Assembly (NCBI GenBank): GCA_944392235.1
Contig: CALXVZ010000007.1
Span: forward strand, 7,787-71,786
Reading direction: 5' to 3'
From: an uncultured Alphaproteobacteria bacterium
GTDB lineage: Bacteria > Pseudomonadota > Alphaproteobacteria > RF32 > CAG-239
Length of the DNA: 64,000 nucleotides
The notes beneath the pieces were generated by a model. That model was not told the DNA's origin. It made no database searches and saw nothing but the letters and a program-made list of their open reading frames with translations. The position numbers and the translations under genes were made by a program. This document shows positions 19,195 through 29,608 of this stretch, piece after piece. Each line of letters starts with the position of its first letter. Position 1 is the stretch's first letter.

Positions 19195-21321
19195 TTATAC
19201 CCTTGATACAAAACTTACTACTTTTGATGCTTTTAATGCCGTTATTATATCATTTAAATGATCTAAATTCTTTACATCTACATCGACAAGTAACTCAAAA
19301 TAGCTAATTGTTCTATATACAATATTCAAGTTTGCTATATTTGCATTTTGTCTGGCTATTAAATTTGATAACTCTCCTAATGTTCCCGGCTCATTACTTA
19401 TCATTACTTTTATTCTTGCTGTATGATTTTCTGTTTCAGCATCTTCACCCCACGAAATATCTAGCCATCTCTCCGGTTCATTAGAATACTTTTCTAAAGA
19501 TTTGCATGATAATGAGTGCACCGCAACACCTTTACCAGTTGTTACAATTCCTACTATTCTATCTCCAGGAATCGGATGACAGCATCCTGCGAAATGAACA
19601 GCCATACCTGTTATCAACCCTTCTATCTTTAATGCATTATTCTTTTTCTTTTTGGATTTTGATAACTTTATCGAATTTACAACTTCTGTAATTTTTGATT
19701 GTTTATATGCTGGGTATACCGTTCTTAATACGTCCCACCCCGTAACCAATCCTTCACCTACTTTGGCAAATAAATCTTCTATACTTTCACACTCAAAGTG
19801 TGACAATGTTGCACTTATACTCTTTTCATTATACTCTAGATTTTCCTGCTTAAAGAGTTTCTCCAATATGTCTTTTCCCAGAGATAAAAATTGTTCGCGC
19901 TTACATGCACGAACATATCTTCGAATCGCAGCTTTTGCCTTACCTGTGACGACAAAGCGTTCCCATTCTGTAGATGGGTGTTGTGCTTTGGATGTTAATA
20001 CTTCAACCTGATCGCCGTTCTGGAGAACACTTCTTAATGGCTTTATTTCACCATTGATTTTAGCGCCAACACATCTATCTCCAACACTTGAGTGAACTGC
20101 ATACGCAAAATCAACTGGGGTTGAACCATATGGTAATCCGATTAAATCTCCTTTGGGTGTAAAACAAAATACCTGATCATTATACATTTCAAGTTTGGTA
20201 TTTTCCAAAAATTCATCCGGATTTTGTGCTTGTTCAAGAATCTCTAAAAGTTCTCTCAACCAACGGAAGCTTTTACCTTCAACTTTCTGTCCTTGTTTAT
20301 AAGCCCAATGTGCCGCTACACCTTTTTCATTTATCTCATGCATTTCAAAAGTGCGAATCTGAATTTCAATACGGGTATTTTCTGGACCAATAACCCCTGT
20401 ATGAATTGATTGATATCCATTAGGTTTTGGGGTTGAAATGTAGTCCTTAAAGCGCCTTGGAACCATATGATATTTGCTATGTATTACACCTAAAGCTTGA
20501 TAGCATGAAGCAATATCATCCACACAAATTCTAAATGCCATAATATCTGACAATTGCTCAAAAGATGCATTTTTTAACTGCATTTTTCTCCAGATAGAAT
20601 ATGGAGACTTTTCTCTTCCTGTTATTGTCGCTTTTATGCCATTTTCTTGCATATCTTTTTCTAATTGACTTATAATCTTTGGAACCAGATTACTTCCTTG
20701 TTCTCGTAAGAAATTCAATCGTGCGACAATAGAATCGTGAGCCTCTTTATGTAATTCAGCAAAAGCTATTTCTTCTAATTCTGTTTTTATCTCTTGCATA
20801 CCTATACGTTCTGCCAGTGGGGCATATATATCAAGAGTTTCTTTTGCTATCCTTTTTCTTTTTTCCTCTGGGCAGAAATGTAATGTTCGAATGTTATGTA
20901 GGCGGTCTGCTAATTTAATTAGCAACACACGAATATCTTCTGACATTGCCAGCAATAATTTACGAAAATTCTCTGCCTGCTTACTTGTTCCCGACTTCTG
21001 TTCTATAATTGCTAGTTTAGTTACTCCATCAACTATTGCGGCTACTTGCGGACCAAACAATTCTTTTATTTCTTCTACTGTTGTATCTGTATCTTCTACC
21101 GTATCATGTAGTAAACCTGCAATAATGGAATTACAATCTAATCTAAATTTTGTTAATATCCCAGCAACTTCAATAGGATGCGAATAATACGGATCTCCAG
21201 ATGTTCTCAATTGAGCTCCGTGCTTTTTCATTGCAAATACATATGCTCTATTTAGCGCATCTTCGTCTGCGTTGGGATCATATGATTTTACCAAATCTAC
21301 TAGTTCATACTGTCTTAACAT
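19195..21321 (-). CDS. spoT: Bifunctional (p)ppGpp synthetase/hydrolase (RSH)
   Basis: HD domain (HPIEVAGIL...LLHDTVEDT), synthetase block (DIMAFRICV..., YQSIHTGV), TGS domain and C-terminal ACT-like domain. Confidence 0.95.
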   Translation of the reverse strand: MLRQYELVDLVKSYDPNADEDALNRAYVFAMKKHGAQLRTSGDPYYSHPIEVAGILTKFRLDCNSIIAGLLHDTVEDTDTTVEEIKELFGPQVAAIVDGVTKLAIIEQKSGTSKQAENFRKLLLAMSEDIRVLLIKLADRLHNIRTLHFCPEEKRKRIAKETLDIYAPLAERIGMQEIKTELEEIAFAELHKEAHDSIVARLNFLREQGSNLVPKIISQLEKDMQENGIKATITGREKSPYSIWRKMQLKNASFEQLSDIMAFRICVDDIASCYQALGVIHSKYHMVPRRFKDYISTPKPNGYQSIHTGVIGPENTRIEIQIRTFEMHEINEKGVAAHWAYKQGQKVEGKSFRWLRELLEILEQAQNPDEFLENTKLEMYNDQVFCFTPKGDLIGLPYGSTPVDFAYAVHSSVGDRCVGAKINGEIKPLRSVLQNGDQVEVLTSKAQHPSTEWERFVVTGKAKAAIRRYVRACKREQFLSLGKDILEKLFKQENLEYNEKSISATLSHFECESIEDLFAKVGEGLVTGWDVLRTVYPAYKQSKITEVVNSIKLSKSKKKKNNALKIEGLITGMAVHFAGCCHPIPGDRIVGIVTTGKGVAVHSLSCKSLEKYSNEPERWLDISWGEDAETENHTARIKVMISNEPGTLGELSNLIARQNANIANLNIVYRTISYFELLVDVDVKNLDHLNDIITALKASKVVSFVSRV

Positions 21322-21426
21322 ATTGCCTCTTTATTTTACTCACGGCTATTATTTATAGCTCATCTGTAAAAAAAAAGCAAGATATGTTTAACATATTCTT
21401 GCTTTTTTGTCTTCCTAGATAGCTAT

Positions 21427-21906
21427 TTATTCATCAAAACCATCCATATCTTCAGAAAAATCATCTTTTACATCTAATAAATCGTCATCTAAATCTGTAT
21501 CATCAAGCGAGATATCTTCTCCATCAATATCTAATGTTTCACCATCAGAATCCTGAATTTGCATATTATCAGCCAATGCCGCATCCAATATTGTTTCGCC
21601 ATCAAATTGAGAATCTAATCCAGATAGTTCTTTTTCTGCTGCCAAGATTTCCAACTCTTCTTCTTCAGGTTCTTCAACTTCAACATATTTCTGAAGCCCC
21701 ATAACAAGAGATTTTTGCAAATCTTCAATATCTGCTTTACCTTCTGCTATCTCTCTTAATGCCACAACAGAATTTTTATCATTATCTCTTTCTACTTTTA
21801 TAGGTGCACCAGCTTCTATATCTTTTGCCCGTTGAGCAGCCACTAAAAGTAATTCGTAGCGATTTGGTATCTTTTCTATACAGTCTTCAACTGTTACACG
21901 TGCCAT
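21427..21906 (-). CDS. rpoZ: RNA polymerase omega subunit with a long acidic tail
   Basis: [30 protein letters not shown] is the canonical omega N-terminus. The gene lies upstream of spoT. Confidence 0.88.
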   Translation of the reverse strand: MARVTVEDCIEKIPNRYELLLVAAQRAKDIEAGAPIKVERDNDKNSVVALREIAEGKADIEDLQKSLVMGLQKYVEVEEPEEEELEILAAEKELSGLDSQFDGETILDAALADNMQIQDSDGETLDIDGEDISLDDTDLDDDLLDVKDDFSEDMDGFDE

Positions 21907-21995
21907 TTTTTACCACCCTTGATACTTGTTTTTACACTTTATTTGCGTTTATACACAAGACCTTTATGAATTGCAACTACTTTTTTAAAAAAACT

Positions 21996-23261
21996 TTAAT
22001 AGAATATTGGAGCAGTTAATATTAGTCCTCTGTTTTTTAACATTTTTTTGTATATTTCTTTTTGATGCGGTTCAACAGCCTCTATGTCTTCTTTTAATAC
22101 AGCATACATCTTAATTATCGCTGCTTCTGTTGCATACATTTCATCTTGCCATTTTTTAGGTAGTTGCTTAATATATTTATCATAATACCCTCGACGATGG
22201 TAACTTACCGCATGAGCTATTGACGGATTTGCCTCTAACACTCTAAATCCTTTTATACTTCTATCACATGTATAGGCCCATTCTTCCGGACTAAACCCTT
22301 CTTTTATCACTATTGATGTAAATTCGTTATATAATCCGGCAAATCGCATTTTTAATACCAATCTTTGACAAGGATTTACTATATCTTTGAGAGCATTCTG
22401 AGGTAGCGCCGTTCCTTGTTCTTGTTCCCACATGTCTAATAACGTTTCTCCTAAAATTAATTTGGAATAATTCTTCATATCGTCTTTCATTCCAAATTCT
22501 ATAATTTCATCTATCGTATTTACGAAGGCTCCGACATCTGCTGATGTCATTTTTGATGTTAAACTAGGCTTTAGTGTTCTTATATTTTGCATATTTATTA
22601 ATGGAACACTTTGTTTTTTTATTTCAGATGTCGGCTTTTTACTTGATACCGGTAACGGTAATTTAGCCTTTTCACGTAGATAATCCGGTATTTCTATATT
22701 TATACGAGACTTCTTTACTTGATATTTTTTCGGCACATCTAAGTCTGACGGCTTTTTTTCATCCCATATCTCTGGCATCAATAAAAAATATAGAAACGGT
22801 GATAAATATTCAATATTTTCTATTCCTTTCATTCTCTCAGCTACTTTTTCCGGAAACTTATTCTTTGTCTCTTTAATCCCTGGTAAATTTAAAACCTTTT
22901 CTGACATTCCCGGGACTTCATGCAACATAGGACCTATATATTGATATGCTTCTTTAGGCAATAACCCTATCATTTCTATCAATTCGTCTTCATAACTATT
23001 TTTTAATCTTCCTTCACTCTGGCCATAATATCTTATCGTTTGTGCAAACTCTTTTTTAAATTGGTTTCCCATCTGAAAACGTGAATAGTATCCCTTATTA
23101 TACAGTTTATATTTGGAATCTATTTTTTTTATATATTCTCTTATATCTGGAAGCTCCATTTTCATATCTACTTTGAAGTATTTATCATAATCGGAAACTT
23201 TTGCCGCAACTTCTGATGTTCCTATTATAAACGCAAATATGTAAAAAAAGATTTTTTTCAT
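21996..23261 (-). CDS. Hypothetical secreted protein (421 aa)
   Basis: Signal peptide MKKIFFYIFAFIIGTSEVAA. I recognise no family. Confidence 0.5.
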   Translation of the reverse strand: MKKIFFYIFAFIIGTSEVAAKVSDYDKYFKVDMKMELPDIREYIKKIDSKYKLYNKGYYSRFQMGNQFKKEFAQTIRYYGQSEGRLKNSYEDELIEMIGLLPKEAYQYIGPMLHEVPGMSEKVLNLPGIKETKNKFPEKVAERMKGIENIEYLSPFLYFLLMPEIWDEKKPSDLDVPKKYQVKKSRINIEIPDYLREKAKLPLPVSSKKPTSEIKKQSVPLINMQNIRTLKPSLTSKMTSADVGAFVNTIDEIIEFGMKDDMKNYSKLILGETLLDMWEQEQGTALPQNALKDIVNPCQRLVLKMRFAGLYNEFTSIVIKEGFSPEEWAYTCDRSIKGFRVLEANPSIAHAVSYHRRGYYDKYIKQLPKKWQDEMYATEAAIIKMYAVLKEDIEAVEPHQKEIYKKMLKNRGLILTAPIFY

Positions 23262-23394
23262 TCCATACCTCTTATTTCTTTATCTTAATTTTATAAAAAA
23301 AATAACTTAAAAAAACGTTATACTTGCATTTTAAATACATTTAGATTATGGTGCATCTTGTTTAGAAAAAATCATTGTTGTTGGAGTGAAAAAT

Positions 23395-23883
23395 ATGATT
23401 TGGACCGATGAAGCTGTCGAAGAATTAAAAAAAATGTGGGATAAAGGTATGACAACTGGACAAATAGCTAAAGTGCTTAATGTTACTAAAAATTCCATTA
23501 TCGGTAAAGTTCATCGTCTTTGTCTTACCGCCAGACCATCCCCTATAAAAAAAGCTTCTTCAGAAAAAAATGAAACTAAGGCTACTAAAGCGGCTAAAAG
23601 TTCTTCTACTAAAAATAATGATGCAAAAAATCGCAAACAAGAGTTTACTGAGCCTAAAGTTGCTGAAAATAATATTGAAGAGAAAGATCTCTTGCATAAA
23701 GATACGGTCGTTGAAGAAACTAATATTCCTTTGGTTAAACTTGATAATCATACTTGCAGATGGCCTTTAGGTGATCCTCGTGATGATGATTTTTGTTTTT
23801 GTGGAAAGAGAGTAAAAACAGGACAAACATATTGTGAAGAGCATGCCGCTATTGCGTATGTTAAACCTGGAAAAAAGATTTAA
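23395..23883 (+). CDS. gcrA: Cell-cycle regulator GcrA
   Basis: MIWTDEAVEELKKMWDKGMTTGQIAKVL...KNSIIGKVHRL N-terminal domain, a low-complexity linker, and the conserved C-terminus CRWPLGDP...FCG...YCEEHA. Confidence 0.88.
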   Translation: MIWTDEAVEELKKMWDKGMTTGQIAKVLNVTKNSIIGKVHRLCLTARPSPIKKASSEKNETKATKAAKSSSTKNNDAKNRKQEFTEPKVAENNIEEKDLLHKDTVVEETNIPLVKLDNHTCRWPLGDPRDDDFCFCGKRVKTGQTYCEEHAAIAYVKPGKKI

Positions 23884-23901
23884 TTTTTCTGTTTTTTATT
23901 T

Positions 23902-23931
23902 AAGCACACACTTGTTGTGTGCTTCTTTTTT
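23902..23931 (+). terminator. Rho-independent terminator of gcrA
   Basis: aagcacaca-cttgt-tgtgtgctt followed by cttttttt. Confidence 0.7.
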
Positions 23932-23946
23932 AGCTAAGGATATTTT

Positions 23947-24645
23947 ATGTATAGTGATAAATTTAATAAATTTATTGAAATGTGGCGGAAAGATTTTGCT
24001 ATAGAACGAACTATTGATGAGAAAGTTTGCATTGATAGAGATGGAAATCCTATTCCTTGGTATACCTATCCTGCTATTGAATATCTTTCTCAATTTGATA
24101 TGTCTGATAAAGAAATTTTTGAATTCGGATGTGGAAACTCTTCTCTATTTTGGGCAGATAGAGCTAAAAAGGTTACCAGCATTGAAGATAATCCAACTTG
24201 GTTTCAAAAATGGAAAGAAAATTTTATTCGTGATAATCTTGATATTCGCTGGCGCGATGAAGGTGAAGGATATTTTAATGCCATATTTGAAGATAATAAA
24301 AAATATGATGTCATCATTGTTGATGGGAAAAGACGTGCCGATTGTGCCAGAACTGCTGTCCAAGCATTAAATTCTGGAGGATTAATTATCTTAGATGACA
24401 GCGATAGAATAAATACAAGTAAAGAATATGTAGATGCAATCAATCATCTCAAAAAAGCTGATTTGCTACAAGTTGATTTTTATGGTTTTTGCCCTATGAA
24501 TAACTATACCAAAACAACATCCTTATTTTTCAGTAGGGATTTTCGTTTCCAATCTCTTTACACCATTCAGCCTATTAATGGTTGGGGTAATCTCTGGAGT
24601 ATGGGACGCAAAAATCGTAAGGAATTCTTTAGAAATAATCAGTAG
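23947..24645 (+). CDS. Putative class I SAM-dependent methyltransferase (DUF579/GXMT-like pattern)
   Basis: Motif-I-like FEFGCGNSSLFW, acidic beta-2 end VTSIEDN and DVIIVDG. The assignment is by pattern only. Confidence 0.45.
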   Translation: MYSDKFNKFIEMWRKDFAIERTIDEKVCIDRDGNPIPWYTYPAIEYLSQFDMSDKEIFEFGCGNSSLFWADRAKKVTSIEDNPTWFQKWKENFIRDNLDIRWRDEGEGYFNAIFEDNKKYDVIIVDGKRRADCARTAVQALNSGGLIILDDSDRINTSKEYVDAINHLKKADLLQVDFYGFCPMNNYTKTTSLFFSRDFRFQSLYTIQPINGWGNLWSMGRKNRKEFFRNNQ

Positions 24646-24652
24646 TTTATCT

Positions 24653-25642
24653 TTAGCATCCTAACTTTTTAGCAATTTTCTTTGCTATCTCTTCATACGC
24701 TTTAGCATATTGGCTGTCCGGAGCACTTTGAACAATCGGAGTTCCCTCGTCTGAATTAATTCTTATATCATAGTGCAAGGGAATTTCACCCAGAAAATCA
24801 ACACCAAATTTTTCTGCTGTTTTTTCTGCTCCGGCATGTCCAAAAATATCTGCTCGGTGTCCGCACTTCTCACAGATATAGTAACTCATATTCTCAACCA
24901 CTCCTAATATCGGCACCCCTATCTTATTGAATAGATTAATTCCTTTCACCGCATCTATTAAAGCAATATCTTGCGGAGTAGAAACTATTACTGCTCCAGA
25001 AAAATCTATTTTTTGCGACATTGTTATTTGTATATCCCCTGTTCCTGGAGGCATGTCTATTACCATTATATCAATCTCCCCCCAAGCTGTTTGTGTCAAC
25101 AGTTGCTCTATCGCTCCGCAGGCCTTAGCTCCTCGCCATATTAAAGCCGCATTATCCTCAACCATACTTCCTATCGACATCGACTCTATACCACATTCCT
25201 TAAATGGTTGAAAATTTTGACCATCATACGATGTTGCCGGCATCTTATTATATCCTAACATCATTGGAATAGACGGACCATATATATCTGCATCAAATAT
25301 TGCTATTTTTAAATTTAAATTGGATAGTGCTAAAGCTAGATTTACCGCAGTTGTTGATTTACCTACGCCTCCTTTTCCCGAGGCTACTGCCATAATATGT
25401 TTTACACCTTGTATTTGCCATTTTTCATTTTTTAATTCTTCTTTGCGTTCTTTAACAAAAATCACACTCACTTTTTTATCAGGATTAGCTTGCTCTAATT
25501 CTTTTTTCAATTGTGCTGATTTTTCTTCATCTTCTGGGGCTTGCAGTGTTATTATCAAACGGCTTCCCATTTCCTTTATTGCACTTATCTCTTCACCCTT
25601 AAAATATTTGGCAACTAATACGCTATTATCTTTTTCTGTCAT
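24653..25642 (-). CDS. apbC: Fe-S cluster carrier ATPase Mrp/ApbC/NBP35 family
   Basis: Deviant Walker A SGKGGVGKST, DMPPGTGD, and CxxC (CEKCG). Confidence 0.9.
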   Translation of the reverse strand: MTEKDNSVLVAKYFKGEEISAIKEMGSRLIITLQAPEDEEKSAQLKKELEQANPDKKVSVIFVKERKEELKNEKWQIQGVKHIMAVASGKGGVGKSTTAVNLALALSNLNLKIAIFDADIYGPSIPMMLGYNKMPATSYDGQNFQPFKECGIESMSIGSMVEDNAALIWRGAKACGAIEQLLTQTAWGEIDIMVIDMPPGTGDIQITMSQKIDFSGAVIVSTPQDIALIDAVKGINLFNKIGVPILGVVENMSYYICEKCGHRADIFGHAGAEKTAEKFGVDFLGEIPLHYDIRINSDEGTPIVQSAPDSQYAKAYEEIAKKIAKKLGC

Positions 25643-25762
25643 CAGTTATTCCTAATGTGGATATCATTTTTTCGATATTGTTTTTATACAAGCTTTATAT
25701 TATTTTTCTAGTGAAAATATATGTTTTTTATATCTTTTTTTAGATTTAGAGGTTTTGATTCA

Positions 25763-26791
25763 ATGAATAATAAATTAACCAGTTTAGATATTAATCCTTG
25801 GGACACTTCCAGAGATGATGCGTCTTCAAAAGCTAAAGTTGTCGATTTCACTTCTAAAATCACTAAAATGCAACAAAACAAAGATGATTTTGGTGGTTTA
25901 TATAAAATTGTAATAGCTGTGCTTTTGTTCTTTTGGCTAGCGTCAGGTTTTTATCAGGTGCAACCAAGTGAACAAGGTATTGTTTTACGTTTAGGTAAAT
26001 ATGTTGAAACGACTGATGCAGGTTTGCATTACCACATTCCTTATCCTATTGAGAAAGTTTTTATTGTTGATGTCAGCAGTGAACGAAGCATTAATCTCGG
26101 TGTTTCCGAAGGTGCTTACAGAGGAGCTTCTTCTGATGAACTTACTGAAAGTCATATGCTTACCGGTGATGAAAATATTGTTGATATAAATCTTACTGTT
26201 GTTTGGAATATTAAAGATGCTAAAGATTATCTCTTTAAAACCAGAACCCCAGAATCCACAGTAAAAGTCGCTGCTCAATCTGTTTTAAGAGAAATTATCG
26301 GTCAGTCCAAGATGGAAGATGTTATTACCGGTGATAGAAACAAAATTGAAATGGATACAAAAAAAGAATTGCAAACTTTGTTAGATAATTTCCAAACAGG
26401 TGTTAATATTGTTCGTGTTAAATTACAAAAAGCCGATCCTCCAAAGCAAGTTGTTGATGCTTTTAACGAGGTTCAAAGAGCAAAAACTGATGCTGAACGC
26501 TTTAAAAATGAAGCTGAAGCTTATGCAAATGAAGTTCTCCCTAAGGCTGAAGGTGAGGCTATTAAGAGAAAACAAGAGGCTGAAGCCTACAAACAAGCTG
26601 TCATAAGTAAAGCAGAAGGTGAAGCACAGAGATTTTCTTCTGTTTATAATGCTTATAAAACAGGAAAATCTGTGACTGCTAAAAGACTTTACTTAGAAAC
26701 CATGGAAGATGTGCTTAAAAAATCTAAAAAGGTCATCATGGACCCTAGTCAAAAAAATTCTAATATGATGCCAATTTTACCTCTTAAATAG
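25763..26791 (+). CDS. hflK: FtsH protease modulator HflK
   Basis: SPFH domain (GIVLRLGKY...GLHYHIPYPIE). The C-terminal AEAY-rich region precedes hflC. ATG 25763 has AGAGG upstream. Confidence 0.9.
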   Translation: MNNKLTSLDINPWDTSRDDASSKAKVVDFTSKITKMQQNKDDFGGLYKIVIAVLLFFWLASGFYQVQPSEQGIVLRLGKYVETTDAGLHYHIPYPIEKVFIVDVSSERSINLGVSEGAYRGASSDELTESHMLTGDENIVDINLTVVWNIKDAKDYLFKTRTPESTVKVAAQSVLREIIGQSKMEDVITGDRNKIEMDTKKELQTLLDNFQTGVNIVRVKLQKADPPKQVVDAFNEVQRAKTDAERFKNEAEAYANEVLPKAEGEAIKRKQEAEAYKQAVISKAEGEAQRFSSVYNAYKTGKSVTAKRLYLETMEDVLKKSKKVIMDPSQKNSNMMPILPLK

Positions 26792-26806
26792 TGTATGGAG
26801 CTGAAA

Positions 26807-27667
26807 ATGAAAAAAAAATTACATATTTTAGCCTTTATTGCAGTTTTATGCGTTGTTCTTGGTTTTCAATCTCTATATATTGTTCGCCAACCTGAGCAAG
26901 CTATCGTTTTGCAATTTGGTGATCCGGTTAGATTAGTGCAAGATGCCGGATTAAAAATAAAAGTCCCCTTTATCCAAAATGTTATCTTTTACGATAAGCG
27001 TTTACTCAATCTCGAACCTCCTGCTCAAGAAGTTGTTCTAAAAGATAAAAAACGTTTAGATGTTGATACATTTTCTCGCTATAGAATAGTTGATCCTTTG
27101 ACATTCTACAAAACTGTTAGAAACGAATTTCAAGCTCAAAACAGATTACAGGAAATTGTTAATTCTTCAGCTCGAAATGTCTTAGCAACTTTCACTCTAA
27201 AAGAACTTCTTTCAGAAAAAAGAACTGAAATCATGAAACAAATTAGCGATGCTGTAAAAGCAGATGCTTCTCAAATCGGTGTTGAAGTTGCTGATGTTAG
27301 AATCCGTCGCGCAGACCTCCCTATTCAAGTTTCACAAGCTATTAACGATCGTATGAAAACTGAACGTATTCGCGAGGCTAAAGGTTATCGTGCTGATGGG
27401 GAAAAGACTGCTCAGGAAATTCGCGCAACAGCCGATAAACAGGCTACCATTATTGTTGCTGATGCTGAAATGCAAGCTCAACAAATTAAAGGGCAAGGAG
27501 ATAAACAAGCTACAGAAATTTGGAATAAAGCTATTAATGTTGATCCAGAATTTTATGCTTTTTATCGCTCCCTTGAAGCTTATAAAAACTCCTTTGATGA
27601 CGAAACTTCTTTAGTTCTTGCTCCTGAAGGTGAGTTTTTTAATTATTTTTCTAAATCTTTAAAGTAA
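26807..27667 (+). CDS. hflC: FtsH protease modulator HflC
   Basis: N-terminal TM and SPFH domain (AIVLQFGDPV...GLKIKVPFIQNV). The start at 26807 follows GGAG. Confidence 0.9.
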   Translation: MKKKLHILAFIAVLCVVLGFQSLYIVRQPEQAIVLQFGDPVRLVQDAGLKIKVPFIQNVIFYDKRLLNLEPPAQEVVLKDKKRLDVDTFSRYRIVDPLTFYKTVRNEFQAQNRLQEIVNSSARNVLATFTLKELLSEKRTEIMKQISDAVKADASQIGVEVADVRIRRADLPIQVSQAINDRMKTERIREAKGYRADGEKTAQEIRATADKQATIIVADAEMQAQQIKGQGDKQATEIWNKAINVDPEFYAFYRSLEAYKNSFDDETSLVLAPEGEFFNYFSKSLK

Positions 27668-27676
27668 AGGACCGAG

Positions 27677-29029
27677 ATGTTTGTGCTTCTTTTCCTTTGT
27701 GTTTTACTTATTTCCACCCCTATTCAAGCGGCTGATTCATATGCTGACTTGGTTGAGGATTTGATGCCGTCTGTTGTAAACATTTCAACTGAACGAAAAG
27801 TTATTGAGAATGTCGATAACATGGATAATGTTATGATAAACCCTCAATTAGAAGGAAGAGAAGCACTTGGTTCAGGGTTCTTTATTAGAAACGATGGTTA
27901 TATTTTAACAAATCACCACGTCATTAAAGGTGCTAAAAAAATTACGGTTGTTACTAATGATAATCAGATTTTTGATGCAAAGATTATCGGAATTGATGAA
28001 CCTAGTGATTTGGCTGTCTTAAAAATTGAGAGCAATAAAAAAGAAGATAAAAATCAAACCTTATTCAAAGCTGTTGTATTTGGTGACGCCAATAATGTTC
28101 GAATCGGCGACAAAGTTCTGACTTTTGGAAATCCTTATGGTCTAGGAGTTAGCGTTTCTTCCGGTATTATTTCTGCAAAATCTAGAAATATCGGCTTGGG
28201 TGAACAGGAATATTTACAAACAGATGCTTCTATTAATAAAGGAAATTCCGGCGGTCCTATGTTTAACCTTGATGGAGAAGTAATAGGTGTTAATGCCGCT
28301 ATTTTTACCGTTCAAGGTGCTAGCGGAATTGGCTTTTCTCTCCCGTCTAATATTGCTAACTGGGTATCTGATCAGATCATAAAATCAGGAAAAGTAAAAA
28401 GAGGGTGGCTTGGTTTAACAGTTTCTAATGGTATTGATCAGTATACTGGTAAATCAGGTTTTGTTGTTACATCTATTGATGAGGAATCTTCAGCATACAA
28501 AGAAGGTTTGAGAGTTGGGGATATTATCACCGCTTATAATAAAAAACCTGCAAATGATTTATCCGATTTTACAAAATTAACTGAAACCATGGAACCAGGA
28601 CAGGTTTTACGCTTGACTACTACCAGTTATGGGGAAGAATTTCAAAATATTGTCGCAATACAAGAAATGCCTGCTAGCGAACTAACGAATGTAACTAATA
28701 AAGCATTAATTGAAAGTCGTAAATATTATCATCAAAGTGATGATACTGATGTTTTTTACATTTCTGAATTAAAAATTGCCGTTAAAGAAGCAAACCCAAG
28801 AGGTCTAACGATTGTAAAAATAGATTCAAATTCCCCTTTACAAGGCAAAGGAATCAGCATAGGCGATGTTATTTTAGAAGCTGATCGTTCAGATATTTAT
28901 TCTGCTGATAATCTTCTTGACAGTATTCGTTATGCGGCTTTCAATGATTATAGACCTTTGTCTCTTTTAATTCAAGGTGTTGATAATACCTTTTATTCTA
29001 CTATCGAAATGGCTAAAGAAAATGACTAG
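27677..29029 (+). CDS. degP: Periplasmic serine endoprotease DegP/HtrA family
   Basis: Signal peptide. Catalytic His (LTNHHV), Asp (SDLAVLKI) and Ser (GNSGGPMF), followed by two PDZ-like regions. Confidence 0.9.
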   Translation: MFVLLFLCVLLISTPIQAADSYADLVEDLMPSVVNISTERKVIENVDNMDNVMINPQLEGREALGSGFFIRNDGYILTNHHVIKGAKKITVVTNDNQIFDAKIIGIDEPSDLAVLKIESNKKEDKNQTLFKAVVFGDANNVRIGDKVLTFGNPYGLGVSVSSGIISAKSRNIGLGEQEYLQTDASINKGNSGGPMFNLDGEVIGVNAAIFTVQGASGIGFSLPSNIANWVSDQIIKSGKVKRGWLGLTVSNGIDQYTGKSGFVVTSIDEESSAYKEGLRVGDIITAYNKKPANDLSDFTKLTETMEPGQVLRLTTTSYGEEFQNIVAIQEMPASELTNVTNKALIESRKYYHQSDDTDVFYISELKIAVKEANPRGLTIVKIDSNSPLQGKGISIGDVILEADRSDIYSADNLLDSIRYAAFNDYRPLSLLIQGVDNTFYSTIEMAKEND

Positions 29030-29477
29030 AGTGGATTTTTATCATTTACAAAAAGCTCCTTTGGAATCTGTGTTACCTAAACTTTGCGAAAAGGCTTATT
29101 CTACTGGCTCCAACATTAAAATTTTATTAGGGACAGAAGAGCGTGTTGAATTTATAAATTCTTTGCTATGGACATATGCTGAAGACTCTTTTTTACCACA
29201 TGGAACTAAAAAAGATGGCTTCATTGAAGATCAACCTATCTTTATATCTGCTGATACTTCTAATGAAAATAATGCTAAATTACTTATTCTTGCAGATGGC
29301 GCAATGCCTGACTTGAATGTTTTATCTGAATATGACCGTATTTTGAATATTTTTGATGGAAATGATCCGATTGCTCTGAACAACGCAAGATCTTATTGGA
29401 AACAAATTAAGCAGACTGATGCGGAATTGCATTATTGGCAACAAAATGATAAAGGTGTCTTCGAACAAAAAGCTTAG
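29022..29477 (+). CDS. holC: DNA polymerase III chi subunit
   Basis: MTRVDFYHL...LCEKAYSTGSNIKILLGTEERVEFINSLLWTYAEDSFLPHG matches the chi pattern. The ATG overlaps the degP stop. Confidence 0.78.
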   Translation: MTRVDFYHLQKAPLESVLPKLCEKAYSTGSNIKILLGTEERVEFINSLLWTYAEDSFLPHGTKKDGFIEDQPIFISADTSNENNAKLLILADGAMPDLNVLSEYDRILNIFDGNDPIALNNARSYWKQIKQTDAELHYWQQNDKGVFEQKA

Positions 29478-29608
29478 CTAACCTTTATTTTCCCATTTGT
29501 TTCTTTAATGATACCATTATATTCATACTAATACTCCTAAATAAAACTTGAATTTTAAAAAAAATTGTGACACTATTCGGGCAAATATTGTTTTTTAGGG
29601 GATTTGTT

